Below are positions 23,111 through 33,700 of a stretch of 64,000 bases of DNA, in pieces. The stretch is from NCBI GenBank assembly GCA_036679645.1, contig JAZDCY010000035.1, positions 1-64,000 of the forward strand, written 5' to 3'. Made by a program: the position numbers and the translations under genes. Numbering within the stretch: the stretch's first letter is position 1; every line of letters begins with the position of its first letter. Below the pieces are notes generated by a model that was not told the origin of the DNA, ran no database searches, and saw nothing but the letters and a program-made list of their open reading frames with translations. Origin of the DNA: Gemmatimonadota bacterium (GTDB lineage: Bacteria; Gemmatimonadota; Gemmatimonadetes; Gemmatimonadales; GWC2-71-9).

Positions 23111-24295
23111 TCACGCGGCGTGACGGACCGCGTCACGGAGGGCCTCTACCAACGTGGGGTTCTCCCACGTGAACAGCTGGACATCGCGTCCGAACGCAGA
23201 GACGCTCTTTGTTTCTCGACCAAAATGCCCATAGGCCGCGGTGGGACCAAAGATGGGATTGCGGAGCCCGAGCGCATCGATGATCGCGGCGGGCGTCAGG
23301 TCGAAGACATCTCGCACCGCCCGAATGATGGCTGCATCGTCTTGGCCCGTGCCGAAGGTATCTACCATCACCGAGACTGGCTCGGCGACACCGATGGCGT
23401 AGGCGAACTGTACCTCACACCGGCGGGCCAATCCGGCCGCCACGATGGTCTTGGCAACCCAGCGCGCCGCGTAGGCGGCTGATCGGTCGACCTTGGAGGG
23501 ATCCTTCCCGCTGAACGCCCCGCCACCGTGCCGCCCCACCCCACCGTACGTATCGACGATGATCTTCCGGCCCGTGAGGCCAGCGTCCCCCTGGGGACCA
23601 CCAATCACGAACCGGCCCGTCGGGTTGATGTAGAGCGTGGGGGCGCTCACATCGATGCTCAGGTCATTCAGGATCGGCATGATGACAGCGTCGCGGACCG
23701 CTTGGGTGAGATCGGCCGTTTTGATCTCCGGCGCGTGCTGGGTCGAGATGACCACAGCACGCACGGCTACCGGCGTGGTCCCTTTATATTCGACGCTCAC
23801 CTGACTCTTGCCGTCCGGCCGCAGCCACGGCAATTCGCCCGACTTGCGAACGTCCGAGAGCCGGCGGGTGAGGCGATGCGCCAGCACAATGGGTATGGGC
23901 ATCAACTCGGGCGTCTCGTCGCTGGCATACCCGAACATCATGCCCTGGTCGCCCGCCCCACCCGTATCCACGCCCTGCGCGATATCGGGAGATTGCTGGT
24001 CGAGCGACGTCAACACGGCGCACGTCTCGCAATCGAAGCCCATGGCGCCATCCGTATACCCGATATCCTTGACGGTCTCGCGCACGATGGCCGGCACGTT
24101 AACCTGTGCCGTCGTCGTAATCTCGCCGGCAACGACAACCATGCCCGTGGTGACCAACGTCTCGCACGCCACCCGCGAGGATGGGTCCTGCGCCAGCATC
24201 GCGTCGAGGACCGCGTCCGAAACCTGGTCTGCCACCTTGTCTGGATGGCCTTCCGTCACCGACTCGGAGGAGACGATGTATGTGTATGAGGTCAT
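23111..24295 (-). CDS. metK: S-adenosylmethionine synthetase
   Basis: [40 protein letters not shown]. Confidence 0.97.
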   Translation of the reverse strand: MTSYTYIVSSESVTEGHPDKVADQVSDAVLDAMLAQDPSSRVACETLVTTGMVVVAGEITTTAQVNVPAIVRETVKDIGYTDGAMGFDCETCAVLTSLDQQSPDIAQGVDTGGAGDQGMMFGYASDETPELMPIPIVLAHRLTRRLSDVRKSGELPWLRPDGKSQVSVEYKGTTPVAVRAVVISTQHAPEIKTADLTQAVRDAVIMPILNDLSIDVSAPTLYINPTGRFVIGGPQGDAGLTGRKIIVDTYGGVGRHGGGAFSGKDPSKVDRSAAYAARWVAKTIVAAGLARRCEVQFAYAIGVAEPVSVMVDTFGTGQDDAAIIRAVRDVFDLTPAAIIDALGLRNPIFGPTAAYGHFGRETKSVSAFGRDVQLFTWENPTLVEALRDAVRHAA

Positions 24296-24326
24296 TGAAA
24301 AAGTCGTGGGTTGAGGCAGCGCGAAG

Positions 24327-26126
24327 TCATTTGAAGGTAGTGTCGGCTTCCCCCTCCGGCAACCAGCCTGAGGCGAGCATTTCCAAGTCGATGAACTCCG
24401 CCAACGCGTTCTTGAGTATCCGTCGCACATCTCCCGCGCGGTCGGCCCCGAGCACCTCCTGCGCCGCCCGCTCGGCCGCCGCGGTCCGGATATGGCGTAG
24501 CAACCACCGTACCAGCGGCACTGCCGAGGGGGCCACCGACAGGGCCCGGTAGCCCAACCCGACGAGGAGGAATGCACCCAGCGGCTCGGACGCCAACTCG
24601 CCACAGACACTTAGGGGTGTGTCGGTTTCCGTGGCGGTGCGTCGGATGGTGTCGAGCAGACGCACCACCGCCGGATGGAGGGCCGTGAAGCGGCTCGCGA
24701 GACGGGCGTTCCCCCGATCCATGGCGAGGGTGTATTGCGTCAGATCGTTGGTCCCGACGCTCAGAAAATCGCTCACGCTCGCCAGCCGATCGGCGATCGT
24801 CGCGGCGGCCGGCGTCTCCACCATGACCCCTACTGGTAGGTCGTTTGCCGCACGCAACCCATCGCGCGTGAGTGACTCCCGCGCCTGCACCAGCAATTCG
24901 CGGGCTTCCAGCACCTCGTCGACGTCGACAACCAGCGGGAGCATCAGCTGAATATCTCCGTCGATGCGCGCCCGCAGGAGCGCGCGCAACTGCGTCACGA
25001 ACACCTCGGGGTTGTCCAGACAGACGCGCATGGCACGCCATCCCAGGAACGGATTGGCCTCAGGGTGGATGCGGAAGGCCGCAGGAAACTTGTCGCCGCC
25101 CACGTCATAGCTGCGCACGACGATTGGTCTGTTGGGAAAGGTCCGCACGACACGCCGGAAGTAATCGAGTTGCTCCGCCTCGTCGGGGAGGTCGGCGCGT
25201 CCCACGATGAGGAATTCCGTACGCAGCAGGCCCACACCGTCGGCGCCGGCGCGCGCGAGTTCCCCTAGTTCCTCCGGGAGATCGAGATTACCCAGGAGCG
25301 CCATCGCAGTCCCGTCGGCGGTCACTGCGGGCTGGCCGGCCGCCTCCTCGAGCTCGGTCAGGAGCCCCTTGCGCCGCTCGGCAAGCTCGAGCGAAGCCTC
25401 TTTTTCGCTCTCACTCGGACCGACGATGACCGTGCCGCGCGTGCCGTCGATGATGATCTCGACGCCGGTTGTCACAGCATCGACCGCGCCGGCGAGGCCC
25501 ATGACACAGGGAATGCCCAGCGATCGAGCGAGGATGGCGGCGTGCGAGGTTCGCGTACCCTCCTCGCTGACGAACCCCACGACGTGGTCCCGCTCGAACT
25601 GGACGGTGAGGAACGGTGACAGCTCGCGCGTCACGACGATAGCCGGTCGCCCCGCTTCGGGCCGCAACAACTCTTCTGCCGGTTGCCCGAGCAACCGGTC
25701 GAGAATGCGGAGTTGCAGTGCGGACAGGTCGGTCACCCGGTCGCGCAGGCGAACGCTCCCGGATCCCGCCCACGACGCACGGACCTCGAGCGCCTTGAAC
25801 TCAAAAGCCCGTTCGGCTGAGAGTTGGTTGTCGCGGATCAACCGTTCCGCGCCCTCCAGGAAGTCCTGGTCCTGGAGCATGAGGATCTGCGCGTCGAAGA
25901 TCTTGGCCTCCTCTGTCCCGACGCGCTCGCGGGCGCGGCCACGAAGCTCCTCCAGCCCGCGCCGTACCGAGTCCACGGCGTCGTGCAGACGCGTGACCTC
26001 GTCTTCAATTCCGTCCGGCCCAATGACCCGGTCGGGAAGGTCCGGCAAGTCCCGGCGCAGCACTACCGCCGGCCCCGCGGCGATGCCGGGAGAGACGCCG
26101 ATTGCCCGGTACTCGTGACTGCTCAC
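24327..26126 (-). CDS. ptsI: PTS enzyme I
   Basis: [13 protein letters not shown] phospho-His motif, [26 protein letters not shown]. Confidence 0.95.
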   Translation of the reverse strand: MSSHEYRAIGVSPGIAAGPAVVLRRDLPDLPDRVIGPDGIEDEVTRLHDAVDSVRRGLEELRGRARERVGTEEAKIFDAQILMLQDQDFLEGAERLIRDNQLSAERAFEFKALEVRASWAGSGSVRLRDRVTDLSALQLRILDRLLGQPAEELLRPEAGRPAIVVTRELSPFLTVQFERDHVVGFVSEEGTRTSHAAILARSLGIPCVMGLAGAVDAVTTGVEIIIDGTRGTVIVGPSESEKEASLELAERRKGLLTELEEAAGQPAVTADGTAMALLGNLDLPEELGELARAGADGVGLLRTEFLIVGRADLPDEAEQLDYFRRVVRTFPNRPIVVRSYDVGGDKFPAAFRIHPEANPFLGWRAMRVCLDNPEVFVTQLRALLRARIDGDIQLMLPLVVDVDEVLEARELLVQARESLTRDGLRAANDLPVGVMVETPAAATIADRLASVSDFLSVGTNDLTQYTLAMDRGNARLASRFTALHPAVVRLLDTIRRTATETDTPLSVCGELASEPLGAFLLVGLGYRALSVAPSAVPLVRWLLRHIRTAAAERAAQEVLGADRAGDVRRILKNALAEFIDLEMLASGWLPEGEADTTFK

Positions 26127-26404
26127 TCGGCACCCTCTTGCTCGTTGAACCCGTTCCGTACGAGCGCCTCCAGTGCCGCCAGAGCAGCGGACGCGTCATC
26201 CCCGTCGGCGCGGATCGTGATCTTGCTGCCGCATTCGGCGGCGAGCGTCATCACCCCCATGATGCTCTTGCCATTGACCGCGACGCCGTCCTTCTCGACG
26301 AAGATCTTGCTCTGGAACGTTGCGGCAAGCTTCACGAATTCCGCAGCCGGCCGGGCGTGCAGTCCCAACGGATTGACGATCGCCACGGCGCGTTCGACGC
26401 TCAT
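26123..26404 (-). CDS. ptsH: Phosphocarrier protein HPr
   Basis: GLHARPAA (His15) and VNGKSIMGVM (Ser46). Confidence 0.95.
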   Translation of the reverse strand: MSVERAVAIVNPLGLHARPAAEFVKLAATFQSKIFVEKDGVAVNGKSIMGVMTLAAECGSKITIRADGDDASAALAALEALVRNGFNEQEGAE

Positions 26405-27135
26405 AACCGCGCTCCCACGAGAACCGCAGCCGTGATCAGCAACCCGAGGAGGGGTCCGCGCAGCACCGGCGCGAACCAGCGGCCAATGACGAACGTGACG
26501 GCGAACACGGCGGCAACGGCGACCTGTCCCGCCAGGTCGAATTCGGCGAGCATCCACGAGGCGGCAAGTGGTAGCGCCATCCCAAGAAGCACGAGAGCCG
26601 CCGGCCCGGCGAACCGTAGCGCAACCATCAGCCCCGGGGCGCGCAGTGCGCGTATCAGATCCCGCCCGAGCCGCCAGCCTGCGAGCAACCCCCACAGCCG
26701 GAGCCAGAGATGCGCCACGTTGTGCACCACGAGCAGAACGATCGGTCCCAGCCACGTCGGGCCAAGGACGCCCACCATCAGGCCCAGGGCAGACGCGATC
26801 GGGAGCGTCCCCGTCCAGACCAGCCGATCGCCCACCGATCCGAGAGGTCCGCGCAGTGCTATTCGGAACCGGGCGAGATCCTCGCTCTGGTCTTCGTGCT
26901 CGATCCGCGCCACCGCTCCGACCGCAAAACCGGCGAGGTACGGATGGGCGTTGAATGGCGCGACCGCGCGGCCCAACGCTTCGCGATACCGCTGCCCGTT
27001 TCGTCCCCCGGGTAGGTCGCGAAGCAGGGGCTCGGCTGCGTATCCGATCCCGAGGCCAAGCAGTCGGTCGTAGTTCCACGACCCTTGCACGGCGAAGAGC
27101 CGGGCGCCCGAGAGGATTAGGGGCACGACGCTCAT
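26401..27135 (-). CDS. PTS mannose/fructose/sorbose family IID
   Basis: QGSWNYDRL, FNAHPY, GPLGSVGDRLVW. Confidence 0.88.
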   Translation of the reverse strand: MSVVPLILSGARLFAVQGSWNYDRLLGLGIGYAAEPLLRDLPGGRNGQRYREALGRAVAPFNAHPYLAGFAVGAVARIEHEDQSEDLARFRIALRGPLGSVGDRLVWTGTLPIASALGLMVGVLGPTWLGPIVLLVVHNVAHLWLRLWGLLAGWRLGRDLIRALRAPGLMVALRFAGPAALVLLGMALPLAASWMLAEFDLAGQVAVAAVFAVTFVIGRWFAPVLRGPLLGLLITAAVLVGARL

Positions 27136-27797
27136 CTCAGCGCCACCCACACGAGACTGATACCGAGCCCGGTGGCGAACCAGCTAATCGCCCGCCGTCG
27201 TTCCCGCAATCGCAACGCGCCCATTGTGGCGGTAGCCAGCGCTACACCCGTCATCGCCGCCGTAAGGAGGATGGCAGTTCGCCCCGCTACCGGTGTCCAC
27301 GTGCGAACGCCCCAAGCCAGCAGCAGCCCCAAACTCGTCACCGAAAGCGCCCGCACCGCATCCCGCGCGATGCCGCCGAGGTGAACGCGGCTGAGGGCAC
27401 CGCGACTGCCCGCGTCGAGTTCGGCCTCCGCGCGTTGCACGTGATGCGAGGTGAGACGTCGGGTCGCGACAATGCTCCACTCGCCCAGGTAGGCAATGCC
27501 GAGGCCCAGCGCCACACCGACGCCCACCCCACCAGCTATCGGGGTGTGAGCCGCTGCCGCAACCGCGACCACCGTGGCTGGCCCGTATTCTGGGTATCGC
27601 ACCGCACCGACCGGGAGCACATCGAGCGCGAACAACTCGAGGATTACTCCAACGGCAAATCCCGCTACCGGGTCGCCTGTCAGAAGACCCGCCCCCACCC
27701 CTGCCACGAGCGGCCGGGAGATCATGACCTGCGGCACACTGATCAAGTCGAGGCCGACCAACAGGCCCCAGAACAGGAGACCGGCGGTCGTCAACAT
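27132..27797 (-). CDS. PTS mannose/fructose/sorbose family IIC
   Basis: QVMISRPLVAG, LELFALDVLPVGA; multiple TM helices. Confidence 0.85.
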   Translation of the reverse strand: MLTTAGLLFWGLLVGLDLISVPQVMISRPLVAGVGAGLLTGDPVAGFAVGVILELFALDVLPVGAVRYPEYGPATVVAVAAAAHTPIAGGVGVGVALGLGIAYLGEWSIVATRRLTSHHVQRAEAELDAGSRGALSRVHLGGIARDAVRALSVTSLGLLLAWGVRTWTPVAGRTAILLTAAMTGVALATATMGALRLRERRRAISWFATGLGISLVWVALR

Positions 27798-28264
27798 GCG
27801 AGGTCGCTCAGCGGGACGGGCAACGAAGTGGGAACATCCTGTGCGGTGATCCGGACGCCGCGCTCGTCGAGGGCATGCAATTGCCGCTCCTCGTCGTCGC
27901 TAAGAAAGACGTAGGGCAACCGCTCCGTCCGACCCGCCCCCTTGTGCAAGCCCCCGAGGTTCACCTGGGGGATGTGCACGGTGGCACAGAGCCGGGAAAG
28001 CGTCTCGATATTCCCGACCAGGACCAGGGTGCGGCGGTCGTTTTCCTGCCATTCAGCGAACGCACTCGCGGCCTCGGCCACGGAGACGAACACCACGTCG
28101 ACTCCATCCGGGACGCCGAGGCGGTACAGGTCCTGCTCCCACGCGCTCCCACGAATCACGTCGTCGACGAGCGCAATGCGCCCTACCCGCTCCGTCCGGC
28201 CCCACGCGACGACCACCTGGCCGTGGATCAGCCGATCATCGACCCGCACTAGGATCACACTCAT
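27791..28264 (-). CDS. PTS mannose family IIB
   Basis: RVDDRLIHGQV, VNLGGL. Confidence 0.92.
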   Translation of the reverse strand: MSVILVRVDDRLIHGQVVVAWGRTERVGRIALVDDVIRGSAWEQDLYRLGVPDGVDVVFVSVAEAASAFAEWQENDRRTLVLVGNIETLSRLCATVHIPQVNLGGLHKGAGRTERLPYVFLSDDEERQLHALDERGVRITAQDVPTSLPVPLSDLAC

Positions 28265-28641
28265 CCGGGGACCGCCCGCACTGCCTCACCGCCCTTATCG
28301 ACCGCCCGTTGGGCAGCCGCTTGCGGCGTGCCGTTTCGGTGGTACACGAAGTCGAGCAGCATCGCCAGGTTGACCCCGGCCACGAGCGCCACATTGGCGT
28401 GCGACCGCAGATAGGTCGCGGAGGCTTGCAAACAGCTACCGCTGGGCAGATCGACAAATACGACGCAGGGCCAATCGCCGATTGCCAATTGGAGTTGCTG
28501 GACCAACCCGTCGCGGCCACATCCATCATTACTCATCGCCACCAGCGATCCGTCATCACCCGTGATACGCCGCACGGCATCCACCAACGCACGCGCAAGG
28601 TCGCCGTGCGTCACGACCACTCCAAGCAACGTCTCACTCAT
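28261..28641 (-). CDS. PTS mannose family IIA
   Basis: VVVTHG phospho-His, VDLPSGS, AGVNLAML. Confidence 0.88.
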   Translation of the reverse strand: MSETLLGVVVTHGDLARALVDAVRRITGDDGSLVAMSNDGCGRDGLVQQLQLAIGDWPCVVFVDLPSGSCLQASATYLRSHANVALVAGVNLAMLLDFVYHRNGTPQAAAQRAVDKGGEAVRAVPG

Positions 28642-29599
28642 AGTCTTCGGAGAGATACTCCCGGAGCTTCCGGCCCTCGGCCATGCGGCGGACCAGGCGA
28701 TCGTTGAACGCGTGTGCCGCGTCGTACCCGGTGTAGCGCAGGAGGTGATTCATCGCGACGACCTCCGAAATCACCGTGACGTTCTTGCCCGGGTTCAACG
28801 GTACCATCACTTTAGGCAGCGATGTCTCGAGGATTTCAGTGGTCTTCCGATCGAGCCCCGTCCGATCCACGTCGAATGCGCTGTCCCAGTCACAGAGCTC
28901 GACGACGACCTCGATCCGCTTCTGCTGCCGCACGGCCCGTACGCCAAAGACAGCCGAGATATCGACCAGCCCGACACCGCGGATCTCCATGTAGTGATGG
29001 GAAATCTCATGCCCCTGTCCGATCAGCAGGTCGGCCCCTTTGCGCGTCACGTGTACGACATCATCAGCCACGAGCCGGTGCCCGCGCTCCACGAGATCGA
29101 GCACGCACTCGCTCTTCCCAATACCCGATCGGCCAACGAACAACAATCCGACACCGTACACATCGGCGAGGGAGCCATGCACCGTCGTTGACGGCGCAAA
29201 CGCCTCCTGCAAGAACGGCGTGATCCGGCGGAAGAAATCGGCGGTCTTGAGCGCCGTCCTGATGAGGGGGACCTCGCGTTCGCGCGCAATGCGCAAGAGG
29301 TCCCGGGGCACCGTCTGTCCCTTCGTCACGAATACGCAGGGAATGTCGTAGTCGAGGAACTTCTCGATCGACTTCCGGCGCACCTCCGCATCCAGAGACC
29401 GTAGATATGAGATCTCCGTCTCACCCAGGACGTGAAGGCGCTTGCTCTGAAACCGCTGCGTGAAGCCCGCCAGCACGAGACCCGGGCTCGAGATCTCCGG
29501 CAACTCGATGGGGCAGTCGAGACCCACGTCGCCCGTGAGCACGTCGAGCTGGAGCGACTGCTTCTTCTCTGCGACGAGCTCGCGAACTGTCAGTCCCAT
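28634..29599 (-). CDS. hprK: HPr kinase/phosphorylase
   Basis: HGSLADVYG, GRSGIGKSE, RGHRLVADD, MEIRGVG. Confidence 0.95.
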   Translation of the reverse strand: MGLTVRELVAEKKQSLQLDVLTGDVGLDCPIELPEISSPGLVLAGFTQRFQSKRLHVLGETEISYLRSLDAEVRRKSIEKFLDYDIPCVFVTKGQTVPRDLLRIAREREVPLIRTALKTADFFRRITPFLQEAFAPSTTVHGSLADVYGVGLLFVGRSGIGKSECVLDLVERGHRLVADDVVHVTRKGADLLIGQGHEISHHYMEIRGVGLVDISAVFGVRAVRQQKRIEVVVELCDWDSAFDVDRTGLDRKTTEILETSLPKVMVPLNPGKNVTVISEVVAMNHLLRYTGYDAAHAFNDRLVRRMAEGRKLREYLSEDYE

Positions 29600-29600
29600 A

Positions 29601-29912
29601 TCACACGGTCCCGGCGCGGCGCGCGGGCCGGCCTCCCTTCTTGTCGAGTTGCGAGCGGAGTTTGGCCACGGCCCGATCGAGCGCCGACTGAAAATCGTCC
29701 GCCTCGGCGCCGGCGACATGGGTTCCACCTCCGGCGAGTTGCATCCGCAGCTCGACAACCTTCTGCTGGTGATCGTTGTCGAACACGACCTCGGCGTGTT
29801 GCGGGCGATGAGCAATTTTCGCAACCCGTTCCACGATATCCAGCGTGCGGGTGCGCAGTTCGCTGGGGATTTCGCAGTGCCGTGCCGTGATGGTGATCCG
29901 CACCGGCGTCAC
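29601..29912 (-). CDS. hpf: Ribosome hibernation factor (HPF/RaiA family, short form)
   Basis: ITITARHCEIPSELR...DFQSALDRAVAKLRSQL; adjacent to hprK. Confidence 0.8.
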   Translation of the reverse strand: MTPVRITITARHCEIPSELRTRTLDIVERVAKIAHRPQHAEVVFDNDHQQKVVELRMQLAGGGTHVAGAEADDFQSALDRAVAKLRSQLDKKGGRPARRAGTV

Positions 29913-29917
29913 TCCTT

Positions 29918-31039
29918 TCAGCCGCGCGCGGCGGCATCAGTCGTTTCGGAAAGATGGGTTGCCGTCTGGGTCGCGGCGTCCTCCCACGTGAGCGATTCCG
30001 CAAAGACGCGAGCGCGGCTCCCCATGCGGGCCACCTCGTCCGGTGCGCTCGCCAGACGGCGCAAGGCCGCGGCAAGGGCGGCGACATCGCCGTGCGGTAC
30101 CAGCAGCCCGGTCTCGTCGTGCCGGACAGACTCGCGCAAGCCGGGGCTGTCCGAAGCGACCGCCGCTGTCCCGCAGGCCGCCGCTTCCACGTTGGTGATC
30201 CCCCACCCCTCTTTCGGGGAGGGCAGAATCGTGGCCCACGCTCGGCGCAGGAGGGCCCGTTTCTCATCCTCCGAAACGAACCCCTTGAAATCTACTCGGT
30301 CACTCACCCCGAGACGTTGCGCTATCCGCTCCAGCCGCGCGCGATCGTCCCCCTGTCCCGCCACCCACAGACGCATCGTGAGCCCCTCGTCCCGACACCG
30401 CTGTACGGCCCGAAGAGCCGTCTCTATCCCTTTATAACGCTTCAAGCGGCCGACATACAAGAACGTTGGGACCAACTCGCGCGTCACCGTCGGATCGGGC
30501 GCAAGCCGCGTGGTATCGACCCCGGGGAGGATAACCCGGACCCGCTCGGGAGCCACGCCCCGCACGACGAGATCGTCCCGGGTGCTCTCGGAGATGGCGT
30601 GGAACGCCGCTCGTCGATAGACGAAGGGGATGGGCCGCTCGGCAGCCCACACGACCGCCGCAACCGGCCAAACAGCTTCCCGAAAGGCGGTAGACCCGAA
30701 CAGGTGCGGCACGATCACGTACACCGGGCGCGTCGTGAGCGTCGGGAGAAAGAGCGGCAACTTGTTGATATCCTCGACCACCACGTCATACGAGGTCTTG
30801 CGCAGCAGTCGCCGCACAAGACCGCGACCGCTCAGGGCAAACGTGTGCCGACCACCGCAGCGGTGGACCCTAATCCCGTGTACGTCCGCGCAGGATGGCG
30901 CGCCACGCCAACCCGAGGTAACCAGATCGACGGAGTGACCCGCCGTCACGAGCCGGCCGAAGATCTCGAAGAAATGGACCTCAGCCCCACCGGCCTGCGG
31001 GTTCTCGAGATCGAGCCAGTTGAGCGCGAGAATCTTCAC
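29918..31039 (-). CDS. Glycosyltransferase family 4
   Basis: AGGAEVH, YVGRLKRYKG, KEGWGITNVEAAACG. Confidence 0.9.
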   Translation of the reverse strand: MKILALNWLDLENPQAGGAEVHFFEIFGRLVTAGHSVDLVTSGWRGAPSCADVHGIRVHRCGGRHTFALSGRGLVRRLLRKTSYDVVVEDINKLPLFLPTLTTRPVYVIVPHLFGSTAFREAVWPVAAVVWAAERPIPFVYRRAAFHAISESTRDDLVVRGVAPERVRVILPGVDTTRLAPDPTVTRELVPTFLYVGRLKRYKGIETALRAVQRCRDEGLTMRLWVAGQGDDRARLERIAQRLGVSDRVDFKGFVSEDEKRALLRRAWATILPSPKEGWGITNVEAAACGTAAVASDSPGLRESVRHDETGLLVPHGDVAALAAALRRLASAPDEVARMGSRARVFAESLTWEDAATQTATHLSETTDAAARG

Positions 31040-31446
31040 AGCAGCCCTCGCCGCCGGGCGACGGCATCGAGCACGCCGTTCACGAATGGCACCGCCTGCT
31101 CGCCCGTGAACCACCGGGTTAGCCGGAGGGCCTCGGTGATGACCACCTTGGGAGGGGCGAGACGGTCGCCCATCTCTTGTATGGCAATCCGCAGGATGTT
31201 GCGTTCAATGACACCCATCCGCGGCAGCCGCCAATGCTCTGCGGCCTCGGCAATATCCGCATCTAGCGCGGCGGTCTGCGTCGTGACGGCACGCGCCAGC
31301 GCTTCGGCCTCGGTCCAGTCGCGGCGGTCCCCGTGCACCTCGAGGAGCCGCTCGGTCACCTCCGCCAGCGACGCACCTTCTTGCAACTCCCAGGCATAGA
31401 GCAGTTGCAGGGCCCGTGCGCGGTTCTTGGATTCAGGTCGCAGCAT
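31036..31446 (-). CDS. nusB: Transcription antitermination factor NusB
   Basis: ARALQLLY, IERNILRIA, EALRL..FVNGVLD. Confidence 0.92.
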   Translation of the reverse strand: MLRPESKNRARALQLLYAWELQEGASLAEVTERLLEVHGDRRDWTEAEALARAVTTQTAALDADIAEAAEHWRLPRMGVIERNILRIAIQEMGDRLAPPKVVITEALRLTRWFTGEQAVPFVNGVLDAVARRRGLL

Positions 31447-31903
31447 CCGCGTCGAGCCGGTCGAGGGCACGCGTGGTTTCGATCGCCGCCTCCGCCGCAT
31501 CGGCCCCCTTGTTTCCCATGTCGCCGCCCGCCCGCGCCATTGCCTGAGCAAGGGTATCGCATGTCAGCAGCCCGAATCCTACCGGGACGCCGAACCGGCG
31601 CGCCGCATCTCCAATTCCGCGTGTCGCGTCTTGTGCGATGAAATCGAAATGGGGTGTCTCTCCCCGCACGATGGCGCCGAGCGCCACGGCGAGCGCGTAT
31701 CGGCCGGTGCCGAGACCCCGCCGCAACGCAACCGACAGTTCGAAGGCGCCCGGAACCCAAACGACGTCTACCCGCTCGCGCGGATACCGCCCCAGCTCCA
31801 GGGAACGCAAGGCGCCGTCCAACAGCCGCCGCGTCACCGCCTCGTTGAAACGGCTGACGCACACGAGGGCACGTCCGCCCGCGAGTGGAGGAGTATCTGC
31901 CAC
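31433..31903 (-). CDS. ribH: Lumazine synthase
   Basis: SRFN, VPGAFEL, VRGETPHFDF, GNKG. Confidence 0.95.
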   Translation of the reverse strand: MADTPPLAGGRALVCVSRFNEAVTRRLLDGALRSLELGRYPRERVDVVWVPGAFELSVALRRGLGTGRYALAVALGAIVRGETPHFDFIAQDATRGIGDAARRFGVPVGFGLLTCDTLAQAMARAGGDMGNKGADAAEAAIETTRALDRLDADAAT

Positions 31904-33108
31904 TAGTCGTGCAGCAGGTGGCCGAGTTTCTCGCGTTTCACCGCGAGATACGCACGGTTCTCGTCGGTCGGCTCCTGCACAATGGGAATGCGAGAGACGA
32001 TCTCGAGTCCGTAACCGTCGATCCCGACCAGCTTCCGCGGGTTGTTGGTAAGCACACGGATGGAGCTGAGACCCTGGTCAACCAGAATCTGCGCGCCAAT
32101 GCCGTAGTTCCGCAGATCCGGCGGGAATCCCAGCCGCTCATTGGCCTCGACGGTGTCATGCCCGCCATCTTGCAGCTCATAGGCCTTGAGCTTGTTGAGC
32201 AAACCGATGCCCCGGCCTTCCTGATCCAGGTAGACGATGACGCCGGCGCCCTCGTCGGCAATCATCCGCATGGCGCAGCGCAACTGCCACCCGCAATCGC
32301 AGCGTGCGGAGCCGAACACGTCGCCGGTGAGACACCTCGAGTGCATCCGGACCAGAACGTCACGCTTGCGCACGACATCCCCGTACACGAGCGCTACGTG
32401 CTCCGCATCGTCGAGCTGGTTCGAATACCCGATCACCCGGAACTCCCCAAACGGCGTCGGCAGTCTGGCTTCGGCAACGCGCTGCACGAGACGTTCGTTC
32501 TGCATCCGGTAGGCGACCAACTGGGCCACAGTGACGAACGCCAGACCATGCCGCTCACCGAACGCTTCGAGGGCGTCGCGTCGCATCATCGTCCCGTCTT
32601 CCGCCAGCACCTCGCAGATGACGCCGGCCGGATAGAGTCCCGCGAGCCGGGCGACATCGACGCTCGCCTCCGTGTGCCCCACGCGCTGGAGCACGCCACC
32701 CGGCCGGGCGCGCAGCGGGAAGATGTGTCCCGGCCGGCGCAGATCGGACGGGACCGTTGCGGGATCGATGGCCACCTGCAGCGTCTTCGCGCGATCGGTC
32801 GCGGAGATGCCCGTCGTGACCCCGAACCGTTTGTCGGCATCGACGCTCACCGTGAACGCGGTCTCGTACGCTTCGGAGTTGCGCTCGGCCATTTGTGGCA
32901 GGCCCAACGCGTCGCACCGCTCGGGGGTGAGCGCGAGACAAATGAGCCCTCGTCCATGGGTCGCCATGAAGTTGATGTGCTCCGCACTGATCAGCTCCGC
33001 GGCGCCAACGAGGTCGCCCTCGCACTCGCGATCTTCGTCGTCCGCCACGATGATGAGCTTGCCTGCCCGTACATTTTCAATGGCCTGCTCGATTGTGCCG
33101 AATCCCAT
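31903..33108 (-). CDS. ribBA: Bifunctional DHBP synthase / GTP cyclohydrolase II
   Basis: DDEDRECEGD, GHTEAS, HSRCLTGDVFGSARCDCG, QEGRGIG. Confidence 0.96.
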   Translation of the reverse strand: MGFGTIEQAIENVRAGKLIIVADDEDRECEGDLVGAAELISAEHINFMATHGRGLICLALTPERCDALGLPQMAERNSEAYETAFTVSVDADKRFGVTTGISATDRAKTLQVAIDPATVPSDLRRPGHIFPLRARPGGVLQRVGHTEASVDVARLAGLYPAGVICEVLAEDGTMMRRDALEAFGERHGLAFVTVAQLVAYRMQNERLVQRVAEARLPTPFGEFRVIGYSNQLDDAEHVALVYGDVVRKRDVLVRMHSRCLTGDVFGSARCDCGWQLRCAMRMIADEGAGVIVYLDQEGRGIGLLNKLKAYELQDGGHDTVEANERLGFPPDLRNYGIGAQILVDQGLSSIRVLTNNPRKLVGIDGYGLEIVSRIPIVQEPTDENRAYLAVKREKLGHLLHD

Positions 33109-33109
33109 C

Positions 33110-33700
33110 TCAGTCCTCGTTCCGCATCAGTGCCCGCACGAACTTGCCGAGCATGTCACCTTCAACATGCACGCGATCCCCCGGACGCAACTTACCGAGC
33201 GTCGTGTGATCCCTGGTGTGCGGGATCACCGAGAGCTGGATGGTTGCTTCCCCGGGGATTGCGTTGATCGTCATGCTCACTCCGCTCACCGCAATCGACC
33301 CGTGGGGAATCGAGAGTTGCGCAACCTCGGAGGGAAGCCGGATGTCGATCAGGAGCGCATCGTCATGATCCGCAACCGCGGTGACTTCGCCGATCCCATC
33401 GACGTGGCCTTGGACAAAATGTCCACCCAGGCGGTCTCCGACCGCGAGCGCGCGTTCGAGATTGACCTCCTCACCCACCTGCATGTCGCCGAAGCGCGTA
33501 CGCGCCCGGGTCGTGACGACCGCCTCGACGGCAAAGCTCCCGGCAGCGTGATCGACCACGGTCAGGCACGCACCGTCGATGGCAATGCTCTCACCCGTCG
33601 CAAGATCGTCGAACGGAGACGCAATACGGATACGGAGGCTCGCGTCCTTCTGCTCCAGTTCCTCAATCCGCCCAATCGCCGTCACTATTCCGGTAAACAT
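33110..33700 (-). CDS. ribE: Riboflavin synthase
   Basis: MFTGIV, GACLTV, GGHFVQGHVDG. Confidence 0.95.
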   Translation of the reverse strand: MFTGIVTAIGRIEELEQKDASLRIRIASPFDDLATGESIAIDGACLTVVDHAAGSFAVEAVVTTRARTRFGDMQVGEEVNLERALAVGDRLGGHFVQGHVDGIGEVTAVADHDDALLIDIRLPSEVAQLSIPHGSIAVSGVSMTINAIPGEATIQLSVIPHTRDHTTLGKLRPGDRVHVEGDMLGKFVRALMRNED

